From a virus (taxonomy: Duplodnaviria; Caudoviricetes): a stretch of DNA of 64,000 nt. The notes under the pieces are model-generated. The model did not search any database. It saw nothing but the letters and a program-made list of their open reading frames with translations, and had not been told where the DNA came from. The position numbers were made by a program, and so were the translations under genes. The stretch lies in IMG/VR virus record IMGVR_UViG_3300037067_027602, positions 1 to 64,000 of that record; one strand, 5' to 3'. Positions 1 to 9,188 of the stretch are shown in pieces (position 1 is the first letter of the stretch; each line of letters opens with the position of its first letter).

Positions 1-2
1 GG

Positions 3-959
3 GAGGCCTCGAATGTCGAATGCGACTACACCGACAATAAGCGCTGGTGCGAGGCGTCCAAAGTCTTCTGCTGCATGGATGGCATAGTCGACTCGATAAC
101 CGCCAACGCCAGCCTTTCCACCCTCCGGCGTTTCAGGATAAAAAACTCCGTCGTCCCCATGATCTCGGCCGACGGCCTGTCCTGGAACGAGTTCTGGGAG
201 AAGGCGGACGAGTACGGGAACCGCGTCCAGCGCAAAATCGTCGGCGGAAATTGGGTTCCGGCAATGGTGAACCATAATAACCTGGAGAGCCTAAGGAGAT
301 CGTCAAAGAACAATCCCGTAAGGTTCGGGGAGCTGAGGATATTCCCCTCCGTAGTTCCTGAATGGGTGAAACCGGGGGCTTGGGTGAAGATCAATCTGGA
401 CGCCGCCGGGACGCCCCAGAAAATCGTGGGGGTGGATCTCTCCAGCGGGATGGTGCGCTTCGGGTCGGAGACGGAACCGGGATTCAATAGTTGGACAAGG
501 CATTGGAGGGAGCTTTCAGCCACGGAAAAGCCCCTCCCGTCCTGGTTCAAGGCGGGGCAACTGGTCAGATCGAGGGGCTCCGAGGAAGTAAACTTGGCCG
601 TCATAGACCGCGTGGTGGAGGTTTCCCCGGGACATTTGGCCGTCCTCAAATGGGAGGAGTCGGGAGGGCTGGGCAATGCGACCTGGAGGCATGAGGATCT
701 CATCCCCATGATCCGCCGTCCCTACACCATCAAGGAGCTTGACGCGGAATGCTCCAAGCGCATAAAGGACGGTTTGCTGATGAGGGCGAAAATGGAGAAA
801 ATCCGGGTTTGCCATCTGGACAACTGGGACGAGTTGACGGGAACGATAAACCTTTCGATGAGAGGAAGCGTGGGTTTGAAGTTCGCCATGGACACCTACA
901 CTTGGTTCGACGGTTCTCCTTTTGGTGTCGTGGAGCCGATGTCCCCGGAGGTCAAGTAA
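3..959 (+). CDS. Hypothetical phage protein with two SH3/KOW-like repeats, probably 5'-truncated by the window edge
   Basis: The frame of ORF 75..959 is open back to position 3; repeated segments PEWVKPGAWV and PSWFKAGQLV. Confidence 0.6.
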   Translation, partial: EASNVECDYTDNKRWCEASKVFCCMDGIVDSITANASLSTLRRFRIKNSVVPMISADGLSWNEFWEKADEYGNRVQRKIVGGNWVPAMVNHNNLESLRRSSKNNPVRFGELRIFPSVVPEWVKPGAWVKINLDAAGTPQKIVGVDLSSGMVRFGSETEPGFNSWTRHWRELSATEKPLPSWFKAGQLVRSRGSEEVNLAVIDRVVEVSPGHLAVLKWEESGGLGNATWRHEDLIPMIRRPYTIKELDAECSKRIKDGLLMRAKMEKIRVCHLDNWDELTGTINLSMRGSVGLKFAMDTYTWFDGSPFGVVEPMSPEVK

Positions 960-1122
960 AATGGCGGTGTTCTTCCACAAGTTCGAGCAACGGCACACCC
1001 ATGGCACGGATCCGGTCTTCATAGAATTCTCCGGCCGTGGAAACCCAGGCCCTTTAGGGCTGGGAGGAAACGGCCGCCTTTCAGTTAGCGGTTAATATTC
1101 GTTGAAAAACACGGAATAGCCC

Positions 1123-1150
1123 TTGACAACCTTTCTATCTGTGATATTAT
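1123..1150 (+). promoter_or_regulatory. Sigma70-type promoter of tnpB1, likely leaderless transcript
   Basis: TTGACA-N16-TATTAT with TG extension, 7 nt before ATG 1158. Confidence 0.7.
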
Positions 1151-1157
1151 ATGAACT

Positions 1158-2303
1158 ATGATACTTACACGAACTATCAAAGTCAAGCTGGACGCCAAGG
1201 TCTCCGACGTGCGCCCCACCATCGCCGCCTACACGGCGGCGTACAACCTGGTCTGCAAGACCGGGTGGGAAAGCCGGGACTCCAACGGCGTCTCCCTCCA
1301 CGACAAGACCTACCAGGAATGCCGGGAGCTCCTCCCGTCCCAGCTGGCGGTGTCCGCCAGGATGAAGGCGACTGAATCCCTGGCGTCGGTCAAGGCTTTG
1401 ATGAGGAAAGGCCAGAAGGGCTCCTGCCCCGAGTCCAAGGAGATGAGCGTCCGTTTCGACAAGAACTCCTACAATGTCTGGTTCGACCGCGGGGAAGTTT
1501 CCTTCTCCACGGTGGACGGACGCAAGAAATCCTCGTTCTCCATGCCTCCGGCCTTCTCCAAATACCTCTCCTGGAAAAGGAAGTCCGCCGAGCTCTTCGT
1601 CAGGAAGGGAGAGGTGTTCCTCTCCATCGTCTTCGACAAGGAGACGGAGGATATTATCCCTTCCGGGAAAGTCGTCGGGGTCGACCGGGGCATCAAGAAG
1701 ATCGCCGTCACCTCCGACGGGAAGTTCTTCGGAGGGGGCGAGATCAAGAAGCAAGTCCTCAAGATAGGGAAGCTCAGAAAAGCGTTGCAGAGCAAAGGCA
1801 CAAAGTCCGCCAAAAGACACCTTCAGAAACTCGACAAGAAGGAGAACCGTTTCCGGCGCGACGTAAACCACAAAGTGTCCAAGGCCATCGTGGAAAGTTT
1901 GGAACCCGGGACGACCATCGTCCTGGAGGATCTCACGAACATCCGCGACAGCAGCAAGAATTTCAGAAAGGAACAACGGTTCCTCGTCAACAGCTGGAGC
2001 TTCTACCAGCTGGAGACGTTCCTGAAGTACAAGGCCGCCGGCCACGGATGCTTGGTGGTTTACGGGGATGCACGGTACACCTCCCAGAAGTGCTCCAAGT
2101 GCGGGCACACCGAGAAGGCGAACCGGAAATCCCAAAGCGTGTTCCTCTGCAAACATTGCGGCCACTCCTTGAACGCCGATTTCAACGCTTCCTTGAACAT
2201 TAAGCAAAACCACCTGGACGCTACATGCCATCCAGGCCGGGCCGCCGTCAACCGGCCCATCGTGGCGAGCCTAACGACCCAGCCGCAAGCCACAGCCCTT
2301 TAG
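1158..2303 (+). CDS. tnpB: RNA-guided endonuclease TnpB
   Basis: RuvC motifs VGVDRG, VLEDL, NADFNASLNI; Zn ribbon CSKC...CKHC; all three acidic residues present. Confidence 0.95.
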   Translation: MILTRTIKVKLDAKVSDVRPTIAAYTAAYNLVCKTGWESRDSNGVSLHDKTYQECRELLPSQLAVSARMKATESLASVKALMRKGQKGSCPESKEMSVRFDKNSYNVWFDRGEVSFSTVDGRKKSSFSMPPAFSKYLSWKRKSAELFVRKGEVFLSIVFDKETEDIIPSGKVVGVDRGIKKIAVTSDGKFFGGGEIKKQVLKIGKLRKALQSKGTKSAKRHLQKLDKKENRFRRDVNHKVSKAIVESLEPGTTIVLEDLTNIRDSSKNFRKEQRFLVNSWSFYQLETFLKYKAAGHGCLVVYGDARYTSQKCSKCGHTEKANRKSQSVFLCKHCGHSLNADFNASLNIKQNHLDATCHPGRAAVNRPIVASLTTQPQATAL

Positions 2304-2449
2304 GGTGTGGTAGCTGACAATGGACTACCGGGAATACGCCAACAATTCTGGCAGGGAACACAAAGGCAGGTGCCTCTACGATCGGGAGACGATCGAGAAG
2401 CGCGAGGACGACCGCTGCCACGATTTTTCCCCCAAATAAGGAATCAAGG

Positions 2450-3007
2450 ATGGCCACCATCGAATACCGCCAATACAACCGCTCCGAGTGCGCGGTGTTC
2501 CTCTATACCGGCTCCAAGTGGGGCGATTTATCCAACTTCGCCGCGATCCCGGTCATGGACTTCCAAACGTCGGAGGCTCTCTATCAGGCTTTGAAATTCC
2601 CGGAGCGTCCGGACATCCAAGACAAGATTAAGAAGGCGAAGACGCCCAAGGAGGCCAAGCAGATCGCCTGGGCGCACAAGGATCTCGTTGACCCCCGCTG
2701 GGCGGAGGGCATGAGCGTCGCGGCTATGCGTCTGACCATCCGCTACAAGCTGCTGCAGAATTACGGAAGGATGGGAAGGGTTTTCCGGGAATCCGGCTCC
2801 ATGCCGATCGTAGAGGAGTCGCACCGCGACGACTTCTGGGGAGCCATCCCCTCCCCGGGGAACAAGGGCGTCCTCGTGGGCAGAAACTGCCTGGGGCGGC
2901 TCTTCATGGAGCTGCGGGGGCAATGGCTTGTCGCCGAGTCCGGCGGGTTCGTGCCGGCCCGTCCATACTACCGGGGGATGAAACTATTCGGCGAGCTTTT
3001 TGGTTAG
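2450..3007 (+). CDS. NADAR (YbiA-like) family hydrolase
   Basis: LSNF, TSEALYQALKF, TPKEAK, IVEES.RDDFWG, GRNCLGRLFMELR motifs. Confidence 0.9.
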   Translation: MATIEYRQYNRSECAVFLYTGSKWGDLSNFAAIPVMDFQTSEALYQALKFPERPDIQDKIKKAKTPKEAKQIAWAHKDLVDPRWAEGMSVAAMRLTIRYKLLQNYGRMGRVFRESGSMPIVEESHRDDFWGAIPSPGNKGVLVGRNCLGRLFMELRGQWLVAESGGFVPARPYYRGMKLFGELFG

Positions 3008-3092
3008 AAAAAATTTTCCCGCGCGTTTGCATCCACGATTAGAGGGAGTAAATTTCCTCTTTCGGGGCTGACAACAACCAGAAACAGGAGGG
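3008..3092 (+). promoter_or_regulatory. Phage promoter plus AACCAGAAACAGGAG leader/RBS
   Basis: A/T tract, TTGCAT(3027)-N16-TAAATT(3049), then aaccagaaacaggaggg. Confidence 0.6.
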
Positions 3093-3097
3093 ATGAA

Positions 3098-3316
3098 ATG
3101 CCCAAGAAAAGCCGCGCCGCCAAAGTGGCGGCCAAGAAGAGGGACGTCGCCATGCGCTCCAGGGGGAAGTCGAACGCCTCCAGGGGCAGCTTCGCCAAGG
3201 CGGGCGAGGAGGAGATCAGGAAACGGGCCGCCGCCAAGGCGGGGGAGCTCCGGGCGAAGAGGATAAGGGAGCAGGTGTCGGACGCCCGCACGGGGGAGCC
3301 GGATGCCGAGGTTTGA
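3098..3316 (+). CDS. Small highly basic hypothetical protein
   Basis: Strong RBS; K/R/A-rich 72 aa. Confidence 0.7.
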   Translation: MPKKSRAAKVAAKKRDVAMRSRGKSNASRGSFAKAGEEEIRKRAAAKAGELRAKRIREQVSDARTGEPDAEV

Positions 3317-3503
3317 CCCTTGTGGAGGATGTTCTTTCCGTGATCCAAAAGACCATCGCCGCTGCAAGGCCGTGAGGCCGAAGATATTGTTCCATGGAGG
3401 GAGGCAGAGGCTTTGGTGCGATGAAGTGAAGGCCGGGTCTTTCTGCGCCTTCAGGAAACTTAACCTTAAATCTTTAGTTCTCCGGCTCGTCGGCCGGGGG
3501 TAA
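3303..3503 (+). CDS. Small Cys-rich hypothetical protein
   Basis: CGGC...C...C...C; tiles with neighbouring genes. Confidence 0.5.
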   Translation: MPRFDPCGGCSFRDPKDHRRCKAVRPKILFHGGRQRLWCDEVKAGSFCAFRKLNLKSLVLRLVGRG

Positions 3504-3523
3504 CCAAAAACAGGAGATAGAAA

Positions 3524-4096
3524 ATGCTGGGGAAAAGTAAGGAGATCGAAGGGAAGATCGAGAAGGGCGACCTCGTCGAGGACCGCATCACCGGGCTGCG
3601 GGGGGTCGTGGTCGGCATGACCCGCTGCATCTACAGGTGCGACCGCGTCAGCGTGCGCCCGCTCGGCAGCAAGGACGGCAAGCCGTTCGAGATGCTCACC
3701 GACGACCCGCCCGGGCTGAAGCTGCTCAAGAAGGGCGAGCTTGTCGAGACCGTGTTGGCGAAGCCAGACAACGGCTGTGGGCTCGGAGATCTGGTCAGGG
3801 ACAAGATCTCGGGGATGGAGGGGGTCGTCGTGTCCATCACCGACTGGCTCTTCGACTCCCTGGCCGCCTGCGTCCAGCCCGTGAAGCTCACCGGGGAGGG
3901 CAGGATGGCGGAGGTGTCGGGCATCTCCCTCCAGCAGCTGACGGTGTTGGAGAAGCGCAGAATCGACGCGGGGAAAATTATCGACGCGAAGCCGGAGGAG
4001 GCTCCGAAGCGCACCGGATCGTCCCCCGTGGCCCGTCGTCAAACATTCGCTGACATCACAGCGCCTTCCGTCGGCTTCCGTCCAGTAGTCCGCTGA
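3524..4096 (+). CDS. Hypothetical protein with tandem KOW/SH3-like domains
   Basis: GDLVEDRITGLRGVVVG and GDLVRDKISGMEGVVVS repeats; RBS caggag. Confidence 0.75.
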   Translation: MLGKSKEIEGKIEKGDLVEDRITGLRGVVVGMTRCIYRCDRVSVRPLGSKDGKPFEMLTDDPPGLKLLKKGELVETVLAKPDNGCGLGDLVRDKISGMEGVVVSITDWLFDSLAACVQPVKLTGEGRMAEVSGISLQQLTVLEKRRIDAGKIIDAKPEEAPKRTGSSPVARRQTFADITAPSVGFRPVVR

Positions 4097-4656
4097 TGTC
4101 CCCGGGGGCGATGGCGGGGCTCCGCCTCATGGAGGCCGCCAAGGTCCTTGCCAGGGCAGGGATGCAGTTCGACGAGATCAAATGCAGGCTGAGGCTCGAC
4201 GCCTGCGTGCTGTCCAAGCTGCTGGAGCACAGGGGCGGGGTCCCGGCGGGGGCGGTGGTGTCCGACTACTCCGACCTCTACGCCGACCCGGAGTCCCTGG
4301 TGGAGCGCGAGGGGCACGACCCCAACGCCCTGCTGAAATCCAGCCTTGAGATAGAGGCCGTGGCCAGGAGGCTGGGGATGTCCCTCCCCAACGCCATGGC
4401 GGCCAGGCGCAGGGAGAGGATGGGCAAGATCCAGCCCTCCGGGCCATGGGAGGAGAAGTTCTACCCGGAGGCTGGCAGGGTCTCGTCCGGAAAAGGGTTC
4501 TCCCCGTTCCCGAGGGTGTTCACCCGCGAGGGCGGCGGCGAGCTGGAGGAGGAGGCCGACGCGCTCCTGGCCGACATGGCGGAGGCGGGGTTCCACGGCG
4601 GCAGGCTGAAGCGGTTCTCAAAGGTCGTGTCGAAGCTCGCGGCGGCGATGCCATGA
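4096..4656 (+). CDS. Hypothetical protein
   Basis: Overlapping start/stop with both neighbours. Confidence 0.6.
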   Translation: MSPGAMAGLRLMEAAKVLARAGMQFDEIKCRLRLDACVLSKLLEHRGGVPAGAVVSDYSDLYADPESLVEREGHDPNALLKSSLEIEAVARRLGMSLPNAMAARRRERMGKIQPSGPWEEKFYPEAGRVSSGKGFSPFPRVFTREGGGELEEEADALLADMAEAGFHGGRLKRFSKVVSKLAAAMP

Positions 4657-5138
4657 GCGACAAGTTCACCATATACACGGACGGTTCCTGCTACCCGAAC
4701 CCGGGAGGCCCGGGAGGGCACGCCGCCGTCATGGAGTGGAAAGGGGCGAGGAGGAGGGTCTCAGGCGGCTTCGCGGCCACCACGAACAACAGGATGGAGC
4801 TGCTGGCGGCGATTGCCCCTCTGGAGCTGCTGTCCATGAAGCCCGGCGGCATGGAGGGGCTGGAGGTGGAGGTCGTGTCCGACTCCAGATACCTCGTCGC
4901 CCCCTATACCGACGGCTACATCGCCGACTGGAGGAGGTTCAACTTCTCCGGCAGGCCGAACCGGGATCTCTGGCTGCGGCTGGAGCCCCTGGTGGGGAGA
5001 TGGAACCCCGTGTTCACCTGGGTAAGAGGCCATGACGGGCATCCCATGAACGAGCTTTGCGACAAGTACGCCCTGGAGGAGCGGCTGAAACCCGACCTTC
5101 CTCCCGATCCAGGGTACATACCAAAAAACAGGAGATAG
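4653..5138 (+). CDS. rnhA: Ribonuclease HI
   Basis: IYTDGSC.PNPGGPGG, TTNNRMELLAAI, SDSRY, NRDLW, WVRGHDGHPMNELCD. Confidence 0.95.
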   Translation: MSDKFTIYTDGSCYPNPGGPGGHAAVMEWKGARRRVSGGFAATTNNRMELLAAIAPLELLSMKPGGMEGLEVEVVSDSRYLVAPYTDGYIADWRRFNFSGRPNRDLWLRLEPLVGRWNPVFTWVRGHDGHPMNELCDKYALEERLKPDLPPDPGYIPKNRR

Positions 5139-5143
5139 AGGAA

Positions 5144-5719
5144 ATGTTGATCCAAACGTATTTCGCGCTCGAAAAAGGTTCGGAGCTGCACAAGGCCGTC
5201 TGCGACGGGGTTTCCTTGTTCAACGAGAAGAGAAAAATGTACCAGGAGGTGGCCGTCTCCGCCGGGGCCAAAGCCTGCGTCGTCTCCCCCGAGGGCAGGT
5301 TGATGGGATTGCTCTTCGAGGGGATCACCCCGAAAGAAGCCATCCTCTGGGAAAGGGTTCCTTTGAGGATGGGGGTGGTGTCCGTCCCTCCCGCCGGGCA
5401 CCCGGTCTGGGATGTCGTCAAGGTGATAGACACCATGGGCGGATCCCTCCGCGACGTCGCCAGGGCTTTGAACTATTACCCGGACGAGCCGTCCTCCTGG
5501 GGTCCCGTCCCGTTGATCGTGTTCAGCAACCCGGACGACGACGTCCTCATCGCCGGCGACACGGACGACGAAGCCCCTTTCCGCCCGCCCTTTCCCTGCC
5601 GGGAAATCACCGCCTCGGAGTGGCTGGAGCGGAACGCCGGCATCAAACGCAGAGCCGAGGAGCGCGCCAACCCCCCGAAGGCCGTCCCGTTTACCCCAAC
5701 CGAAAACAAGGAGGACTAA
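5144..5719 (+). CDS. Hypothetical protein
   Basis: ATG after the accaaaaaacaggag leader; fills the operon. Confidence 0.65.
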   Translation: MLIQTYFALEKGSELHKAVCDGVSLFNEKRKMYQEVAVSAGAKACVVSPEGRLMGLLFEGITPKEAILWERVPLRMGVVSVPPAGHPVWDVVKVIDTMGGSLRDVARALNYYPDEPSSWGPVPLIVFSNPDDDVLIAGDTDDEAPFRPPFPCREITASEWLERNAGIKRRAEERANPPKAVPFTPTENKED

Positions 5720-5723
5720 AATC

Positions 5724-5912
5724 ATGCCGCCGGAAGAAGACAAAGGCGACGTCGACGGGTTCGTCGAATCTCTCAGGAAGCTCATCAACACCAAATCCAT
5801 GGAGCGTAGGTTCGGGGATGTCCCCGATTACATCCTGGCGGAGTTCATGGCGGACTGCGCCGCCGCCTTCGGGAAAGCTGTGGAGAACCTCAGAAAGCAA
5901 GAAGGGAAATAA
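5724..5912 (+). CDS. Small hypothetical phage protein
   Basis: RBS aaggagg; LINTKSME...DVPDYILAEFM segment. Confidence 0.7.
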   Translation: MPPEEDKGDVDGFVESLRKLINTKSMERRFGDVPDYILAEFMADCAAAFGKAVENLRKQEGK

Positions 5913-5913
5913 A

Positions 5914-6594
5914 ATGTCCAATTTCAAGACCGTGATTCTGCTCGCCCTGGTGGCCTTGTCCATCCAGGGGCTCTCCGCCCCCGAGGACGCCTACCCCGCC
6001 ACCCCCGGGGTGGTGGACAAGGGGCTCTGGCGGCTGAAGTTCGACGCCGCGAGGCACCAGCCCGCCTGGGAGGCGTGGGAGATCACCCCGTCCATGCGGC
6101 TGGTGGACAATTCCAGGCCGGACGTCTCGTTCAAGACCGACACCGGGGTGGAGGGAGCCGTCTCCCAGAGCAACTACGTCAACTCCGGCAAATCGAGGGG
6201 ACATGTCGTCCCGTCCAACCACTTCAGCTTCGACGTCGATTGGATGAAAAGGACCTACACCACCTCCAACATCGTCCCCCAGGACCAGGTGTTCAACGAC
6301 CGCGCCTGGGGAGATTGCGAGGACGAGGAGTTCGAGCGGGCCAAAAGGGAGACCGTCACCATCGTGGCGGGGACTATCCATAAACCGGGCGAGCCGGACA
6401 TAGGCAAGGACAAGATCCCCGTGCCCGCGAAGATGTTCCGGGCGACCCGCTACAGGAGCCACGGGAACCCGGAGCGGTTCTCATGCTACATCTTCGACAA
6501 CGTCCCCGACACCGACCGGGCGGACAACGAGGTCACGCTTAACGCCGTCCGGGCCGCCACGGGAGTCAACTTCTTCCCTGGGGCGCGGCCATGA
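5914..6594 (+). CDS. Secreted DNA/RNA non-specific endonuclease (NucA/EndoG beta-beta-alpha-Me family)
   Basis: Signal peptide MSNFKTVILLALVALSIQG; SRGHVVPS, TYTTSNIVPQ, FNDRAW, IPVP motifs. Confidence 0.85.
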   Translation: MSNFKTVILLALVALSIQGLSAPEDAYPATPGVVDKGLWRLKFDAARHQPAWEAWEITPSMRLVDNSRPDVSFKTDTGVEGAVSQSNYVNSGKSRGHVVPSNHFSFDVDWMKRTYTTSNIVPQDQVFNDRAWGDCEDEEFERAKRETVTIVAGTIHKPGEPDIGKDKIPVPAKMFRATRYRSHGNPERFSCYIFDNVPDTDRADNEVTLNAVRAATGVNFFPGARP

Positions 6595-7535
6595 AAAAGC
6601 TGTCAGGGATAATTTTCCACCATGACGACCCCGACGGCATCCTGTCCAAGGAGATCATCCTCCCCCGGGCCGCCATCGACATGGGATGCGACATCGACGA
6701 GATCGAGACCCGCTCCATGAGCCATGACAACAACAACCTCGGCGTCCTGGACGCGGTGCCGGACGGGGTTTTCGCCGTCGTGGTCGACTTCTCGTTCGAC
6801 ATCGAGGAGATGAAGCGGTTCCAGAGGCGCAACGGCTTGGCGAAGCTTGTCGTCATCGACCACCACATCAAATTCATCGAGAAGGCCGAGCAGGAGGGCT
6901 TCTCCGCCCCTGGGCTTCTGGATCCCCGGGAGGCCGCCTGCGAGCTCTGTTGGGACATCGCCCACCCCGACATCCCGTTGAACAGGGACAGCCTGCCGCG
7001 CATGGTGGGGGAGTACGACTCCTTCCGCTCGGCCGGCGTGCCCGAGCGCCACCGGAGACTGGAGTTCTTCTTCTACGGCTGCCTCTCGCACCCCGATGGC
7101 GACCCATGGTGGAGGGAGCTGGCCGAACTATCCTCCCTGGACGTCGCCTCCGGCAGTGTTGAGTGGTTCACCGAGAAGACGATCAATGACGGGGCGGCGG
7201 TCATGCGCTACAACACCGAACGCTGGTACAACAACCTGCGGGACGGGGCGTTCCTGGTAGTCCACGACACCAACGTCCTGCTCGCGTTGCACACCACCGA
7301 GCGGGGCTCCCGCCAGTTCGAGGGTATGTTCGACCCCAACAAGCACCACGGCGCGCTGGCCATCCGGCACCGCCCCGACCAGTCCTTGGCCTTCTCGGTC
7401 TACTCCCCCGACACCAAGCGTTTCGACGCCGGGGAGTTCGCCGTCCATCACGGCGGCTTGGGGCACGCCGGGGCGGCGGGAGGCAAGTTGCCGGCGTTCC
7501 CCGACGACTGGCACATCAAGGGGGTTCGGGATTGA
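6591..7535 (+). CDS. DHH/DHHA1 family phosphoesterase
   Basis: HHDDPDG, VVDFS, IDHH and GGLGHAGAAG motifs. Confidence 0.88.
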   Translation: MKKLSGIIFHHDDPDGILSKEIILPRAAIDMGCDIDEIETRSMSHDNNNLGVLDAVPDGVFAVVVDFSFDIEEMKRFQRRNGLAKLVVIDHHIKFIEKAEQEGFSAPGLLDPREAACELCWDIAHPDIPLNRDSLPRMVGEYDSFRSAGVPERHRRLEFFFYGCLSHPDGDPWWRELAELSSLDVASGSVEWFTEKTINDGAAVMRYNTERWYNNLRDGAFLVVHDTNVLLALHTTERGSRQFEGMFDPNKHHGALAIRHRPDQSLAFSVYSPDTKRFDAGEFAVHHGGLGHAGAAGGKLPAFPDDWHIKGVRD

Positions 7536-7606
7536 GCCCGCTGCTCATAGTGTCTTGTCTCTATGGCATATTGGCGTTGGTAACCCTCGCCGTCAACTAC
7601 CGCGCC

Positions 7607-8761
7607 CTAAAGGGCAGTGGCCTGCCCACGTCCCTTGCGAGACCGGGCTTCGGGGCGCGTTGACAGGCGCCCACCACTCCGTAGAATGGTAAATGTGGAG
7701 CGAACATTATGACTGGCGTTGGCATCGGCGTGCTCGACATGGCCGCAAGCGCAAGTGAAGAGGTGTCCCCTGCGGACACCTATCGCCCCGCACTTGCGGC
7801 AACGCTGCGACGTGTAGGCGGGGTTGACGTACTCGACCCCGAACCCCTTCCGTTGCGCCGCATTTGTACACGCAGACGTCATCTCCTTGTAGAACCACTG
7901 GCTGAGCTTGCGGTGGGTCCCCGCCCGTTTTCCGTCGCGCTTCTTGACCTGCTTTATCTTCAGGTCCTCGAAGACGAGGATGGCGTCGGGGGGAGCCCAC
8001 TTGCAGAGCTTCGCCGCGGTCTCCTTGCAGAACGTCCTGCTCCTGTTTCTCTGTTTCCGCCCCAGCCGTTTCAGGACGCGGCGCACCGACCTGGTGTCCG
8101 CCCCCTGTGCCTTCCGGGCGGCCAGCTTGCTTTGCAGCCGCTGGCGGGTCTTCCTCGTCCGCTCGTTCCGCACCTTGAGGGTGCGGCCCGAGACGAACAA
8201 AACTTTGTCCTCTGTGGAGGCCACCAGGGCGTTGGTCGCCCCGAGGTCGATGCCCACGGGATGGAGGTTCTTGGGTTCGGGGACTTCGAGGGTGACGCAG
8301 AGCGTCACCTTGCCGGAGCCCGTGACCACGATGGAGTCCCGGGACACGGCGTTCTCGAAGTCGTCCTTGGCGTAGTCGGGAACGATAAAGTCGAGCTTCT
8401 CACGGCCGTTCGGGGTGGAAATGGAAAGTTTCCCCTTCCCGGTGAAACTGAAGTCCTTGTTGAACAAGAACAACGCCGCCTCACGACGGAAGATGAAGGG
8501 TCTGTCCACTGGGTGTTTGTTCCTCTTCGCCGAGGAATAGGCTCCGGCGACGTTACGGATGGCGGAGCATTTCATCTGGGAAAGGAGAGTGGTTTCGACC
8601 GTGTGATAGACGGCGTGATGCAATTCCAAAGCCGACAGCGGCTCGCCGCCGTTGAAAGCGGTCTCGCTGATCGCTTTCTGGTAGCGGTTGTATTCGTGGA
8701 CGAGGTCGAGGACATTGTCCTTTTCCTTCACCACCAAAACGATTGTTCTTTGGATTTGCAT
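7607..8761 (-). CDS. tnpB: RNA-guided endonuclease TnpB
   Basis: VGIDLG, VFEDL, HADANASHNV; CRKC...CAC Zn ribbon. Confidence 0.95.
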   Translation of the reverse strand: MQIQRTIVLVVKEKDNVLDLVHEYNRYQKAISETAFNGGEPLSALELHHAVYHTVETTLLSQMKCSAIRNVAGAYSSAKRNKHPVDRPFIFRREAALFLFNKDFSFTGKGKLSISTPNGREKLDFIVPDYAKDDFENAVSRDSIVVTGSGKVTLCVTLEVPEPKNLHPVGIDLGATNALVASTEDKVLFVSGRTLKVRNERTRKTRQRLQSKLAARKAQGADTRSVRRVLKRLGRKQRNRSRTFCKETAAKLCKWAPPDAILVFEDLKIKQVKKRDGKRAGTHRKLSQWFYKEMTSACTNAAQRKGFGVEYVNPAYTSQRCRKCGAIGVRRGHLFTCACGHVEHADANASHNVRSTFTILRSGGRLSTRPEARSRKGRGQATAL

Positions 8762-8798
8762 ATTGACATTATATCATTAACGAGCTATAATGTCAATA
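8761..8798. promoter_or_regulatory. Palindromic bidirectional sigma70 consensus promoter
   Basis: tattgacattata-N12-tataatgtcaata gives TTGACA-N17-TATAAT on both strands. Confidence 0.85.
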
Positions 8799-9188
8799 GC
8801 TAGTGAGAAATATTTAACCACTAATCGAAAGGCGGCCGTTTCCTCCCAGCCCTAAAGGGCCTGGGTTTCCACAGCCGAAGAAATCTATGATGATCGAACA
8901 CCTCCTCTTAGGCGTCCGGGGTGTCGGCGGGAGATCGAAGCCTGGGGCGGAACTTTACGCCGCCTCCAAAGGGCTTTCCCCCGAACCCGGATGGGATGGG
9001 GTGGTCAACGAGTGGTGGCCACGCCCGAGGAAGCCTCCTTGACGGGAACCTACGCTTTCGGTCAAGGATTACATCTCTTTTCTCTTCGGTCCATCGCCGA
9101 ATTCGTCGGGTTCCAAGATTTAATTTTGCGTGTGGCGAAAATAAACAGCTTGGGGCGGCCGAAGGGAATTTTAAACCAAACCAGGGGA

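Larger units (their letters stand above)
1023..2318 (+). mobile_element. IS200/IS605-family (IS1341-type) TnpB-only element 1
   Basis: Inserted after TCAT; left-end hairpin cccaggccctttagggctggg; right end ccacagccctttagggtgtggtagctgac; ends shared with elements at 7592 and 49655. Confidence 0.9.
961..2439 (+). pseudogene. 60-aa ORF interrupted by TnpB element 1 (halves 961..1022 and 2319..2439)
   Basis: Removing 1023..2318 restores in-frame MAVFFHKFEQRHTHGTDPVFI-MDYREYANNSGREHKGRCLYDRETIEKREDDRCHDFSPK*. Confidence 0.75.
7592..8886 (-). mobile_element. IS200/IS605-family TnpB-only element 2
   Basis: Inserted after TCAT (minus strand); left end nearly identical to element 1; right end ...gccctttagggcgcggtagttgac. 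Confidence 0.9.
7532..9042 (+). pseudogene. 71-aa membrane protein gene interrupted by TnpB element 2 (halves 7532..7591 and 8887..9042)
   Basis: Removing 7592..8886 restores MSPLLIVSCLYGILALVTLA-MMIEHLLLGVRG...PRKPP*; TTG start overlaps the DHH gene stop. Confidence 0.7.

Noticed and set aside
1023-8886. IStron (group I intron-IS chimera) explanation for the gene-interrupting elements
   Set aside because: Only about 130 nt lie between the left end and tnpB, too short for a ribozyme core, and element 2 is antisense to its host gene.
9040-9185. Possible structured RNA in the intergenic gap
   Set aside because: Only short inverted repeats; no convincing fold or boundary signals.
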